This document shows, in pieces, positions 27,429-41,312 of a DNA stretch of 64,000 nt (position 1 is its first letter; every line of letters starts with the position of its first letter). The DNA lies in contig NC_058382.1 of assembly GCF_018350175.1 (NCBI RefSeq), positions 50,780,001 through 50,844,000 of the forward strand, in the 5' to 3' direction. The DNA comes from Felis catus. Taxonomy: Eukaryota. The notes beneath the pieces are model-generated. The model made no database searches. It was given only the letters and a program-made list of their open reading frames with translations, and had not been told where the DNA came from. Position numbers and translations under genes: made by a program.

Positions 27429-27620
27429 GACAGAGAGAGACAGAGACAGAGTGAGTGGGGGAGGGTAAGAGAGAGCAAGACAGAGACACAGAATCCAAAC
27501 CAGGCTCCAGGCTCTGAGCTGTCAGCACAGAGCCCGACACAGGGCTCAAATTCACGAGCCATGAGATCAGGACCTGAGCGAAAGTCAGATGCTCAACCAA
27601 CTGAACCACCCAGGTGCCCC
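27370..27620 (-). mobile_element. CanSINE
   Basis: Antisense body; TSD tcagtattttt. Confidence 0.95.
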
Positions 27621-28695
27621 ATATTCAGTATTTTCTTTGAGGATCAAATCCTTTATTATGCTCAAGACAACATATTAATTTTGTCTATTAAATCTGAACA
27701 AACTAAAGTAGGCAAGCTTCCTCTTATCCCTTCCCCACCCCAACCTTCATTCTAGGGCTGCCCCTACTTTTATTTCATGCAGGGCTCAAAACAGAGTTTG
27801 AAAACCTCCTCTCCCTTCTATGGGCCCCTTTTATGGATATGGAAATAGTGGCCCAAAGAGGTTAATTATCTACAGGAGGTTGGAAAACTAGGCTGTGGCC
27901 GCTGTGTCAGGCCCAGAATTCATACGGGGTCCTCCCCACTGGGGATAGCTCTGTGGTACATGGGTACAGATGCAGAAATTCCACAGATTACTAAAGATAA
28001 AACATCAACAGACTTTCCTGAAAACCTGTTCTGTCATAGGAATAACAGCCTAAGAATGTCACCGGCAGGACTGCAAAAAACATGGAGAATATAAGAGACC
28101 GGTTAAGACCATTGGAGTGGAGAGCCCATCAAGGAAACAATGTATGCAAGGATGTTGTGTTTCCAAAAGGAAGGAATGTGGTTAGTTCATGCCTACTCCA
28201 TGCCTGTAGTTCAATAATTCACTTTAAGAAGAGACCGTCGATAAAAACAAAAGGAGGGAGAAGAAGAAAAATACAATGCCCTAAGAATAGGTCTCAGGGC
28301 AAGGTCTGGTTCTCGAATAGAAAGCTTTAAAGCTCTACTCAATAACAGGGGTACCCAAAAGAGATTCTCAAATAGCCCAAAGACATCTCTTCCTGGAAAG
28401 ATACGTTAAATATCATAAGATGTAAATGTCTTCCAATCAAACACTTGTCACCTCAGACCCAATAGGGTAGATACATACACCCGGCTGTAGAAAATCATAT
28501 ATTTTCATCGTGTGAAATGTGACCATGAGCATGCATGAGAAGTGTCTGGAAAAGATGCACACCAAATATTAATGACAATTTAAGAACCGGGACTAGAATC
28601 AGGAATTGTGGCAGATCTATGAAGTAGGATCTCACCTGCTTCATGTCCTGCCTGATTTGTTTTAAAACCAGGATTATACACTGTTTTTACCTTAC

Positions 28696-28736
28696 CATTT
28701 TATGTTCGAGCAAAACCAGAAGTACGGTCAGCTCAA
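28696..28736 (-). CDS. candidate 41-nt exon
   Basis: Acceptor atttttggttatag, donor ATG|gtaagg; single open frame ELTVLLVLLEHKM. Confidence 0.22.
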
Positions 28737-29221
28737 CTATAACCAAAAATGCCTTTTCCCCCCTTATTATTTTCTCTTTTTTATCCTGCTTAGATTGGCT
28801 TCATTGATGACCGGGAAGCTGAGGGCTTTTTTTCTGATAAAAATGATGGACAGCACAAGGACAAAGGCGTGCGGGTTAATGCTAATAAAATGTGAATAAA
28901 ATCTCTGCCAAGATGAAATCATCCCTCGATTTCCATTCATTCTGCAAACAATCTGGTGATCAGCTGCTTTTATTGTACCCTGTGTGCATTTCTCTCACAA
29001 AAAGAAACAAGGCAGCGTTTTGAGAATACTAACTTTTGAGAGAAAATTTAAGCCACTGATCTTGGAAGACCTTGCTTTGTAGAGTTCCTCTGTGTGTGTT
29101 TGAGAGTGTGTGCTACGTTTCCTTTCTGTACCCTTGAATATTAAAGAACATTTTCAATCTCCACTGATGTATTTCTTTCTTCCTCTTCCATTTCATTCCT
29201 CAGTGTGATAGTCAGCCTTCA

Positions 29222-29710
29222 GTGGCAAGCAGAATGAAGAATCCCCAACAATGGCCGTGTCCTACGGTCCTGTGGATCTATTACCTTTCATGTCAAAGGG
29301 GAGTTTAAGTTGCAGACAGCATTAGGGTTGCTGACAAGCCGACTTTATAATGAGGTTATTCTGGATTACACAGGTGGACACAATGTAGTAACAGGGTCCT
29401 TAAAGTGGAAGGTGGAGGCTGAGAGTAGGTAAGGGTGATGTGGTGTGATATGAGAAGGGGCCCTACCTACTCTTGCTGGCTTTGAAGATGAAGCAAACAG
29501 TCATGAGCCCAAGAATCGGGGTGGTCCGTAACCGGGAAAAGGAAACAGATTCCTCCCTAGAGCCTCCAAAGGGAACACAGTTCCGGTCACATGATGATTT
29601 TGTGTTCAATGAGACCCATTTCAGATTTCTGACCTCCACGGTCCTAAGACAATACATTTGTATCACTTTAAGTCTGTGGTAATTTGAGAGCGCAACTGAA
29701 TACGCCAACC
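29222..29710 (+). mobile_element. MaLR solo LTR (MLT1D-like)
   Basis: 'ctggctttgaagatgaag...gagcctccaaaggg...ttcagatttctgacctcca...gtggtaatttg'. Confidence 0.85.
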
Positions 29711-30171
29711 CAGAAAGCAGAGGCTACCGGGTGCTTCCCCGCAACCCCTGGGTCAACAGGCTGGACCGGGTGCCTCCTCTGAGCTCTCGGACCCCCCACC
29801 CCACCCTGTGTTGGCACCTCTTGGTGTAGTGGTTAGAAAGGAGCTTGAGGACAAACCCTTACTTGTCTGAGGCCCCAACCTTTAACCTCTGGGATCTCCG
29901 ATGACTGCACGTCTAGTTCAGAGGGGCTATAAAAATACAGTAGTAGGACTGTTGGTTGCTTTGCCCAAATAAAGTTATTTTTACATGGAGTATTGTAGCA
30001 GCTAATGTTCTGTTTGCCAGGTTCCTGAATACCTTACATAATGTCAGGGAATGTTTGAAACAACCCGAGAAGTAGGTTATACTGTTATTACCATTATCAC
30101 TGTCCTCATCGTTCCTGATCTATTTACTAGGAAACTAAACCAAAGCACCATGGTGGTACGCTTTACCACCT

Positions 30172-30386
30172 TATTTTTTTTTTCAACGTTTATTTATTTT
30201 TGGGACAGAGAGAGACAGAGCATGAACGGGGGAGGGGCAGAGAGAGAGGGAGACACAGAATCGGAAACAGGCTCCAGGCTCCGAGCCATCAGCCCAGAGC
30301 CCGACGCGGGGCTCGAACTCACGGACCGCGAGATCGTGACCTGGCTGAAGTCGGACGCTTAACCGACTGCGCCACCCAGGCGCCCC
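30172..30386 (-). mobile_element. young felid SINE (SINEC_Fc-type)
   Basis: CpG-intact near-consensus body; TSD accaccttattttt. Confidence 0.97.
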
Positions 30387-31161
30387 AAACCACCTTATTT
30401 TTAACCTTGGCAATTTGCCTCTGGGGTCTAAGTACTTAATCAACACAATCGGAGAGTTCTTCAATATGTCTGTATAAAAAAAGTCTACCCCCCTAAATCC
30501 CCTGTGAAGAAGAGGCTTTAGCTAAAATGTTAAGGTTATCATACCCGGAATGACGGGCCCGGCCAGAGGAGCGGATGACTCAAGGCCTGTCACAGCAAGG
30601 TAGACCCCCTTCTGGACGGCGTCCAGCCCAGAGTTCACGGGAGCTTCCTCCTGCGAGAGATGCACAGAACTGAAGACAATCCTACTGTGTACTTCTGTTT
30701 TCATTTAGCAGGAATCCGGAGTTCACAGGGTATGGTCTTAGGAGGACATGTGAATGTCCCTGAAGCCTGTTGATTTGTTCCTGCTACGAGGGCTGCAGTC
30801 ACAGAAATGGAGGCTCTGAGGGAGGTGCAGTGGGTACGGGGGTACTCCAGCAGGCACACTTCCGGGCCCACGTGATGGGAATATCAGTTGCCCACAGCTC
30901 ACAACACACACTTGATAGAGTCTATCTCCCCAGGCTTCAGCCCAGATCCCATTTCACTTTTTACATCTTTACCTAAACCAGAAATATTTTGCTCCAGTAA
31001 AACCCTGTTAATTGGCTACTAACTCCTCTTTTGCTGATTTTATACTTAGCAGACGTATGTCATTATTATCAAGCACAAAAAAGAGGTAGGAAAAGATTTC
31101 TCCACGCACAACAAAAGTTATTACTGTCACTGGCCCTGGACTTAAGAATACTTTCTACCAT

Positions 31162-31400
31162 GGGGCGCCTGGGTGGCGCAGTCGGTTAAGCGTCCGACTT
31201 CAGCCAGGTCACGATCTCGCGGTCTGTGAGTTCGAGCCCCGCGTCGGGCTCTGGGCTGATGGCTCAGAGCCTGGAGCCTGTTTCCGATTCTGTGTCTCCC
31301 TCTCTCTCTGCCCCTCCCCCGTTCATGCTCTGTCTCTCTCTGTCCCAAAAGTAAATAAAAAAAAAAAACGTTGAAAAAAAAAATTAAAAAAAAAAAAAAA
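31162..31400 (+). mobile_element. young felid SINE (SINEC_Fc-type)
   Basis: Near-consensus body; 18-bp TSD aagaatactttctaccat. Confidence 0.97.
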
Positions 31401-32134
31401 AGAATACTTTCTACCATTTGAATATTCCCGGATTTACAGTTCCTAAATTCAGATGTTTAACAAAATAACACTATTTATTCAGTGACTGTGAAAGACTTCT
31501 AGTATGTTCTAGAAAAAATCTTTAAAGCATTCAGAACGCAAATTGCTATATAACCCAAGTGGTGATGATATTCTGAATGGGCTGTTAATTGAGGAAGATA
31601 ATTATTATGTGCGTTATCTACCAAAACAAAACCGTCCTGGTGAGAAAAATGACAGCACCATCTACTCTGCTTGTGACATCTCCTTAACCTCTCTTTGAAA
31701 AGTAAACCCACGGAAATTTTTTCCTGGTATATACTGAAAAATAAAAACAAAGCCCAGAGTACCCACAAAGGTTATGAGATTTCCATAGTTTTTCTTCAGA
31801 GATAGTCAACCACTGAATATGCATTCTCATAAGACAAATGCATGGAAAGAGACTCCAAATACTAGAAGGAAGGTTGTCTCAGTTCACTGAATGTGAACAG
31901 AACTGTTACAATATTCATAAGCCAAACTCACGTTGAAAAGGAGATTTTTTTTTCCCAAACAAGCAGGGCATAGCATTTTATAACGCATCAAGTTACAGAA
32001 TGTATTCATATTCAATAAACCTAGTTGTATTTTATGATTAAAGATAATATACGGCTTTGTATGAATGACATTCTTGATGTATTGGAAAAAAAAATAAATG
32101 TCCAATGGCATGAAAGCATACAATTTAAGGACAT

Positions 32135-32227
32135 GTTTAAGTAGGCCCCATGCTCAAGTGGGGCTCAAACTCATGACCCTGAGATCAAGAGTCACGTGTT
32201 CTGCCGACTGAGCCAGCCAGGCACCGC
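32135..32227 (-). mobile_element. short CanSINE
   Basis: Antisense head region; aaggaca on both flanks. Confidence 0.8.
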
Positions 32228-33317
32228 AAGGACACATTTTGAAAATGCAGCTCTTTCTTAAAGAATTCAAACGTAATGTTACAAAAAACACTATTTATGT
32301 AAGAAGTGCCAACTTTTACCTTTAATTTAGCAATTTGGTATCAGTTGTCTGTTTGCTTTAATCTCCCCACGTCTTTCAAGAAGTAAAAGAAAACAGTGTA
32401 TCTGTAATCACATGGTAATCATTAAAACATCCTGAAGGGAACAGAGGAGACGAGTCCTTCTCAAGTCTTGACATTTTCAGCCCCTGCAGAGGAATCAGAG
32501 GAACAACTATCACAAAGAGGGTGGCTTTCAAAGCTACCCTAACAGCAATAAAAACCTCAACAGTTTCGACTTTTAAAAAAATGACTCAAATTAAGTATAC
32601 TTAATTCTGAAGGTATACACGAATGCCTATCCATATCTACAGCTATGACTATGTCTGTGTCTATCCATATCTATCTAAGAAATTAGTTTTTGTGATACAA
32701 AAGGAAACTAATTCCTGCCTCTTAATGGAAATAGAATACAGAAAAGTGGGTATTGAAATAGTTAAAATATTAAGAGGTGTAGAAAACTCCTTTAAATTTA
32801 CTTACATTGATATTGTCTCCGAATATGCAGAACTTATTAATAATTTATGTAAAAAGAAAACACTGAAAAGTCTCAACAGCAGGGACCTGAGTAAATACGT
32901 AGGATGCAGACAGACTCTATGTTAACTCAGATTTCAAAGGTTTTCTGCTATTTCAGAATAGCATAAAATACGATTTCTTACTCTCCTTGGTAATAAAAAT
33001 TTAGCTAGGCTAATGGACAATTCCCGAAACTCACAAAGCCGCTGACTGACCTACCGTCTCATAAACTTGTACATACATGAACCTATGACACCCAATGATC
33101 TTAGCTAACTTCTACCTTATTCTCCCCTTATTGTTCTTTGACTTGAAAGACAGAGTTCAGTCTGATGGTTTAAGGAAAATTGTGGGTAAGCAAATACTGT
33201 GCATAGAAAAAAATATAGAAAAGTCAGTCCCTGGATAACAAAAATCCAGCTTGATACTTTTCACATTTATTGTAGAACATGTCATCAGGAAGAGACCACC
33301 AACTGAAAGCTCTTCTT

Positions 33318-33545
33318 GGGGTGCCTGGGTAGCTCAGTCAGTTAAGTGTCTGACTGCGGCTCAGGTCATGATCTCACAGTCCGTGAGTTCGAGCCCCGTG
33401 TCAGGCTCTGTGCTGACAGCCCAGGGCCTGGAGCCTGCTTTGGATTCTGTGTCTCCTTCTCTCTCTCTGCTCCTCCCCTGCTCATGCTCTGTCTCTGTCT
33501 CAAAAATAAATAAAAAAACATTAAAAAAAAAAAAAGGAAAAAAAA
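33318..33545 (+). mobile_element. CanSINE
   Basis: Full body and A tail. Confidence 0.93.
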
Positions 33546-35007
33546 GAAAGCCCTTGTTAGTTACAAGTTGATTAATAACATTTAGAATTTGAAGCAACAT
33601 GTAAGCAGTGATTTGTTAACTGTTGCCCATAGATGAAGACACTAGGAATCACCATTTGGGAAGCCGTTCACGTGATCCATGAAGATGCTCACTGGAGAAA
33701 TTCACAAAGCCAACACATTTCATTTCAGCCACCAGTGACAGTGGGTCCTAAATGTATGTTGCAGTTTCTACTATCTTTGGGTCTAGGTGAAGGTACTCCC
33801 AGGCCACTTCACTTCCCAGAGCGAATGCTTAAACACCATCCATGTCTCAAATGGAAGAGTTTAAACAAGGCACATAATACATGTTCAAGCACACGGGTAT
33901 TTATGCAATGTTACTGAGGCACATTATGGATCTTAGTAAGTAATATATAGGAAGGTAACTATGTTCAAAGAAGTTTACAAATAGTTCCTCTGTCAGAGAT
34001 AGTCCAATGTTGTGCTTGTCAAATGGAAGGCAATAATACTGATTCAATTCATTTTGCTTATTGTGCAACACTAGCTAGCAAAGGTTTATTATTTTTTCCT
34101 TGGGTGATATTTCTAGATGAAATGAAGTGCCTGATAATTTCTTTTAACATATTTGCAAAGCTGAATTCAGCCCCATGATTCATTGTAACTGCTTCAGAAC
34201 ACGATGTGAGAATTAAAAAATGAATAAAAACGCAGTAGAAAGGAAAATTCAAAGCACGCCATTTGTTAGAATCAATTTTTTTTTCTTTTTGCAAGCATAG
34301 CACTTCAATCTCAATAGTGTTCCAAAGCTTCCAAAGCTTATAATGGTGGGGATACACATATTTTTCTCTCTGAAAAACAGGCCAGGAGATAATGAAACTA
34401 TAATTTCAGAATACTGCAACCGATATAAAATGGCCACATGTGTGGTGCTCAAGCACTCTATATGAGTACTTTCTGTAAAATAATCATATATTAAACTCAA
34501 GGAATAAGGAAAATGAATTTCAACAAAGCGAAGGAAAAGCAAGGGGATATTAAATATTGCAGGAGAACACTCTAGTCAAATCAGTATTTCATTAATCCAC
34601 CTTGAATCAATTTAATTCCCTCCCACATCTTAATCAAGACAGCTTTGAAGTGATAGAACCTTAGAGACAGAGTTTAGAAGTCAGTGAATTCAGCAAAACC
34701 AATCGGTTTGTTTCTTTATATAATTACAATAGTATCAAAGGCCTTTCCCGACTATCACACGTGTGCCATTGAAGACATTTTTAATAGTCATTAGGTGTTT
34801 ATGGAAAACCTGTATCAATTTACACATGCATACACATAAATACATTTCACAGCGTATTTATCTGTAGTTGGCTTATACCAGGTAGAAAGAGGAGATCTGA
34901 TACTTTGAAGTTTATTTTTATTTTTCAGCTGTCAAAGAGTTAACCTGAGGTTCTGGCGAAAGACATGGCTGAAAACTATATAGATATATGCACACATATA
35001 TATTTAT

Positions 35008-35179
35008 TAGGGTTTTTTTTCAGAGATAGAGGGAGGGAGGGGCAGAGAGAGACTCCTAAGCAGGCTCTGTGCTGTCAGCACAGAGCCCGACGTGAGGATC
35101 GAACTCACGACCCTGAGATCATGACCTGTGCTTAAATCAAGAGTCGGACCCTTAAACGACTGAGCCACCCAGGCACCCC
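35008..35179 (-). mobile_element. CanSINE
   Basis: Antisense body ending 'gagccacccaggcacccc'. Confidence 0.9.
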
Positions 35180-35889
35180 AAAGTATATTTTTTGCTTCAG
35201 TGTTTTTTCCATGCTCCAGAGAGTCTTTCACACATTGCCTGGAAACCAGCAAAACAGTCCTACTGTCTTATCAGGGGGTAAACGAAACACCAGGGCACGT
35301 ACGTGGTTCTCTTACTACCCGACGGTTAGATGTGCTTCTGATGTCATGTCCCCTTTGCCACTGAAGAAAACATGTCTTAACTTCTATTCCTGTTAGCCTT
35401 TCACTACTTGTACTTCCCTTTATTTTTAGGATGTTAATCTTTGTGGTTTAGATTTGTATTAAATTTTTATGCAAGAGACTCTGGGATGGAAAACAAAACA
35501 TGAACAAATTATAATTTTAAGAATGAATCTCTTCATGGAGCTTGGCGTTTTGTTTCTCCTCCTCTGGAATATCGATCTGGAATCATTTTCAGAGCAGGAC
35601 ATTTCAAACCATAAAAAAATTACTGTTCATAATCAGCGTACACATTTAGGCTTCTTCAAAGTTCTCAAATCCTAGGGAAAGTATTAGAAGTCATACTCAG
35701 AAGAAAATCAATAAACTAATGTAAAATGTTTAAAATATCCAAACTCACGTATAGTTTTGTTTTCTATACACATACATATTAAACGTCAAAGGACAAACCA
35801 CACAAATTTAAGCGATAAATAATTTGCAACCCGTATGAGGAAAGACTTCCTTGGCTTGCAAAGAGCTTAAACAAAGCAATCAGGAAAAT

Positions 35890-36110
35890 AAAATTTATAT
35901 GTAAATTTAAATTTATTAACATTTCTATATATCATATATTTTTATGAAATCTATTACTTATATGTTACATATTACATATTTATGTGTTAATGTTACATAT
36001 TTACACACACATTACACATATAGATGTAAAAAATATTAAACATATTACTTATATATAACATAGTTACAAATGTTTATATATAACTTATTTTTATATATTA
36101 TGCATAGAAA
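35890..36110. repeat. AT-rich low-complexity tract
   Basis: Recurrent ttacat/tata units. Confidence 0.6.
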
Positions 36111-36961
36111 AATAAATTCTAATGGCAATATGATCATGAACAGATGTGATAACACAGAATCTCTAATTTGAGGGGGTCTACGTTATCAATGAAGCAATTT
36201 GAATACCATGTGCTATCTAAGTGTTGATAATCTCTCCTATACAGAAGAATGTAAGAATATATGTCAACCGACTAGTAAATCAGGGTTGGGAATGAGCCAG
36301 CAGAAAGACAACTATAGGTTTGGAAATACTGGATTTATGATCTACAAAAAGACTTCACATAAAAATGGCTTTACCTAGAGATGTAAAGATGTGCACTGGC
36401 CTTTCCTCGAAACTGCTTTAAAATGTGTAGGGTATTTAAAAAAGAAAATGAATTGAGCTGTGTAAAGATCACACGTAGTTGGAGGAATCATTTTAGTTAT
36501 TCTCCAAGTAGGGTGATTTTACCAGGTAGTGTGTAGGAGGCCCTGTCCCAGAAGGTTACAAGCCCCGCTGTGTCCAAAAGATTTAGGTTCATACAGCTCC
36601 AAGTGGGCCAACCCGTATTCCCTAAACTGCTGATTCTGATGTCCTGTTCTCATTATACACATAATATTTATTAAAGTCTAATATCTTAAAATAGCAAATA
36701 AACATAGATTATCAGTCTTGCCTTTTAAAAATATATGCTATCATGATGTAAAGTTATCATCAATTCATCCTAAGCACTTACACAAAGATATATGTTATGT
36801 ACTCAACAGATAAATAAATGAACGTAAATGCTTTTATCTTCTCCTTTTTAGTGGGGTCTTTGTTGGATTCTGGAATCAAGGTAATGCTGGCCTTATAGAA
36901 TGAGTTTGGATGTTTTCCTTCCGTTTCTATTTTTTGGAACAGTTTCAGAAGAATAGGCATT

Positions 36962-37187
36962 CTTTTTTTTTTTACCAATTATTTTTATTTTTTTTTAACA
37001 TTTTTAAATGTTTATTTTTGAGGTGGGGGTGAGGGGCAGAGAGAGAGGGAGACACAGAATCTGAAGCAGGCTCCAGGCTTTGAGCTGTCAGCACAGAGCC
37101 CAACACAGGGCTTTGAACTCATGGACTGCATGATCATGACCTGGGCTAAAGTCAGATGCTTAACCTACTGAGCCAACCAGGCGCCCC
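36962..37187 (-). mobile_element. CanSINE nested in L1
   Basis: Antisense body interrupting L1 sequence that resumes at 37188. Confidence 0.92.
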
Positions 37188-37261
37188 TATTAATTCTTCT
37201 TCAAATGTTTGGTAGAATTCCCCCTGGGAAGCCATCTGGCCCTGGATTCTTGTTTGTTGGG

Positions 37262-37950
37262 AGATTTTTTTTTTTTTAATTTAAATCCTAGTTAACATAT
37301 AGTGTAATAATGATTTCAGGAATAGAATTTAGCGATTCAGCACTTACGTATAACACCCCATGCTCATCCCAATAAGTGCCCTCCTTAAAGCCCTCCACCC
37401 CTTTAGCCCATCCTGCCACCCAACACCCCACCAGCAACCCTTAGTTTGTTCTCTGTATTTAAGAGTCTCTTATGATTTGTCTCCCTCTCTGTTTTTATAT
37501 TACTTTTGCTTCCCTTCCTTTATTCATCTGTTTTGTATCTTAAATTCCACAAAGGAGGGGCGCCTGGGTGGCGCAGTCGGTTAAGCGTCCGACTTCAGCC
37601 AGGTCACGATCTCGCGGTCCGTGAGTTCGAGCCCCGCGTTGGGCTCTGGGCTGATGGCTCAGAGCCTGGAGCCTCTTTCCGATTCTGTGTCTCCCTCTCT
37701 CTCTGCCCCTCCCCCGTTCATGCTCTGTCTCTCTCTGTCCCAAAATAAATAAAAAAAAAAAAAGTTGGAAAAACAATTAAAAAAAAAATTCCACAAAGGA
37801 GTGAAATCATATACTTATCTTTCTCTGACTTATTTCACTTAGCATAATACACTCTAGTTCCATCCGTGTTGTTGCAAATGACAAGATTTCATTCTTTTTA
37901 ATCACAGAGTAATATTCCATTGTATGTATGTATATATGTACATATGTATG

Positions 37951-37992
<42 letters not shown>

Positions 37993-38358
37993 ACATCATC
38001 TTTATCCATTCATCAGTTGATGGGTATTTGGGCTCTTTCCACACTTTGGCTATTGTCAATAGTGCTTCTATAAACATTGGGGTGCACGTGTCAGTATTTT
38101 TCAATCAGTATTTGTGTATACTATGGATAAGATACCTAGTAGTGCAATTGCTGGGTAGTAGGGTAGTTCTATTTTTAATTTTTTGAGGAACCTCCATACT
38201 GTTTTCCAGAGTAGCTGCGCCAGTTTGCATTCCCACCAGCAGTGCTAAAGAGATCCTCTTTCTCTGCACCCTTGCCAATATCTGTTGTTGCCTGAGTTGT
38301 TCATTTTAGCCATTCTAACAGCTATGAGGTGGTATCTCATTGCGTTTTTGATTTGTAT
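37262..38358 (-). mobile_element. 5'-truncated L1 3' end nested in the inverted L1 segment
   Basis: Poly-T then antisense 3' UTR and ORF2 C-terminus; TSD tttgttgggagatttt (37253-37268, 38359-38374). Confidence 0.93.
37557..37788 (+). mobile_element. young felid SINE nested in the nested L1
   Basis: TSD aaattccacaaaggag (37542-37557, 37786-37801). Confidence 0.97.
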
Positions 38359-39330
38359 TTTGTTGGGAGATTTTATTACTGATTCTATTTCTTTGCTGGT
38401 TATAGATGTGCTCAAATTTTCTATTTCTTCCTGTTTCAGTTTTGGTAGTTTATGTGTTTATAGGAATTTGTCCATTTCTTCCGGATTGCCCAATTTGTTG
38501 GCATATATTTGTTCATAATATTCTCTTATAATTGTATTACTGTAGTGTTGGTTGTGATCTCTCCTCTTTCATTTGTGATATTATTTATTTGGGTCCTTTC
38601 TCTTTCTTTGTGGTAAGTCTGGCTAGGGGGTTATCAATTCTGTCAATTCTTTTAAAGAATTCTCTTAGTTTCATTGATCTGTTCTACTGGTTTTTTGTTT
38701 GTTTCTCTATCATTTACTTCTGCTCTAATCTTTATTATTTCCCTTTTCCTCCTGGTTTTGGACTTTATTTGCTGTTCTTTTTCCAGATCCTTTAGGTGTA
38801 AGGTTAGGTTGTGTATTTGAGACTTTTCTTGCTTCCTGATAAAGGCCTGTATTGCTATATACTTCCCTCTTAGGGTCACCTTTGCTGTATCCCAAAGGTT
38901 TTGGACTGTTCCATTTTCACTTTCATTTGCTTCCATATATTTTTTTTATTTCTTCTTTAATTTCCTAGTTAACTCATTCATTTTTTAGTAGGATGTTCTT
39001 TAACCTCCATGTATTTGTGGTCTTTCCAAATTTTTTCTTGTGGTTGATTTCAAGTTTCATAGCATTATAGTCTGAAAATATGCATGGTATGATCTCAATC
39101 TTTTTGTACTGCTTAAGGCCCAATCTGTGACCCATATGATCCATTCTGGCAAATGTTCTGTGTGCACTCGAAAAGAATATGTATTCTGCTGCTTTAGGAT
39201 GAAATTCTGTAAATAGATCTGTTATATCCATTTGGTCCAGTATGTCATTCAAAGCCATTGTTGCCCAGTTGACCTTCTGCTTAGATGATCTGTCCATTGC
39301 TTAAGTGGGGTGTTAAAGTCCCCTACTATT

Positions 39331-41262
39331 ATTACAGACCAATATCCCTGATGAACATGGATGCAAAAATTCTCAACAAGATACTAGCAAATCAAATCCA
39401 AAAGTACGTTAAAAGAATTATTCAACATAATCAAGTGAGATTTATTTCTGGGCTGCAGGGGTTGTTTAATAGCCACAAATCAATCAATGTGATACACCAC
39501 ATGAATAAAAGAAAGGGTAAGAACCACGTCATCTTCTCAATAGATGCAGAAAAGGCATTTGACAAAATACAGCATCCTTTCTTAATAAAAACCCTCAACG
39601 AAGTAGGGACAGAAGGAAACCTCAACATCATAAAGGCCATAAATGAAAGACCCATAGCTAATATCATACTTAATTGGGAAAAACTGAGAGCATTTTCCCT
39701 AAGGTCGGGAATACAACAGGGATGTCCACTCTCACTACTTTTATTCCACACAGCGCTGGAAGTCCTAGCCTCAGCAATCAGACAACAAAAAGAAATAAAA
39801 GGCATCCAAACCAGCAAGTAAGAAGTCAAACTTTCACTCTTCACAGACAACATGATATTTTATGCAGAAAACCTAAAAGACTCCACCAAAAAACTGTAGA
39901 ACTGATACATAAATTCAGCAAATCCACAGGATAAGAAATCAACATACAGAAATCTGTTGCATTTCTATACATCAATAATGGAGCAGCAGAGAAAGAAATC
40001 AAGGAATCAATCCCATTTACAATTGCACCAAAACCCATAAGATACCTATGAATAAACCTAACCAAAGCGGTGAAAGATCTGTACTCTGAAAACTATAGAG
40101 CATTTATGAAATAAACTGAACCAGACACAAAGAAATGGAAAAACATTCCATGCTCATGGGCTCAAAGAGCAAATATCGCTAAAATGTCTGTAGTACCCAA
40201 AGCAGTCTACACATTCAACACAATCCCTATCAAAATAACACAAGCATTTTTCACAGAGCTAGAACAAACAATCCTAAAATATGTATGGAACCAGAAAAGA
40301 CCCCAAATAGGCAAAGTAATGTTGAAAAAGAAAAGCAGGAGGCATCACAATTCTGGATTTCATGCTGTATTAAAGCTATAATCATCAAGACAGTATAGTA
40401 CTTACACAAAAAGAGCCATACAGATCAGTGGAACAGACTAGAGAAGCCAGAAATAGACCCACAAATATATGGTCAACTAATCTTCAATGAAGCAGGAAAG
40501 ATATCCAATGGAAAAAAGACAGTTTCTTGAGCATATGGTGTTGGAAAACCTAGATAGCAATTTGCAGAAGAATGAAAGTGGACCACTTTCTTACACCATA
40601 CACAAAAATAAATTCAAAATGGATGAAAGATCTAAATGTGAGACAGGAAACCATCAAAATCCCAGAGAAGAATGCAGACAGCAACCTCTTTGACCTCAAT
40701 TTGCAAATGGCATAGCAGATAAAGGGTTAGTATCCAAAATCTATAGAGATTTTACCAAATTCAACACCCAAAAAGCAAGTAATCCAGTGAAGAAATGCGC
40801 AAAAGACATGAACAGACACTTTTTGAAAGAAGATAACCAGATGGCTAACAGACACATGAAAAGATGCTCAACATCACTTATCATCAGGGAAATACAAATC
40901 AAAACTACAATGAAATAGCACCACACACCTGTCAGAATGGATAAAATTAACAAGTCAGGAAACAACAGATGTTGTTGAGGGGTGAGGGCGTGGAGAAAGG
41001 GGAACCCTCTTACACTGTTGGTGGGAGTGTGGACTGGTACAGCCACTCTGGAAAACAGAGTGGAGGTTCCTCAAAAAGTTAAAAAAAGGAACTACCTTCC
41101 AACCTGGCAATTGTACTGCTAGGTATTTATCCAAAGGATACAAAAATACTGATTCAAAGGGGCACATGCATCCCAATGTTTATAACTTACGATCAAAAAT
41201 GTCCAAATTATGGAAGGAGTCCAAATGTCCACTGAATGATGAATGGATAAAGAAGATGTGCC

Positions 41263-41312
<50 letters not shown>

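Larger units (their letters stand above)
36839..39330 (-). mobile_element. inverted 5' segment of a carnivore LINE-1 (ORF2 endonuclease to pre-RT)
   Basis: Minus-strand translations MDRSSKQK...KKIEIIPCIFSD, QNLWDTAK...GKYIAIQA and LLKLFQKIE...FYKASITLIP..KDPTKKE are L1 ORF2. Confidence 0.95.

Noticed and set aside
30051..30464. Recurrent peptides (GQRETEHERGRG..., VREFEPRVGLWADGSEPG) suggesting a gene family
   Set aside because: Read-through of near-identical SINE copies.
39285..39821. 178-aa reverse-transcriptase ORF as a functional or domesticated RT gene
   Set aside because: Fragment of L1 ORF2; its start comes from antisense sequence across the inversion junction and it stops before the catalytic motif, which is itself mutated.
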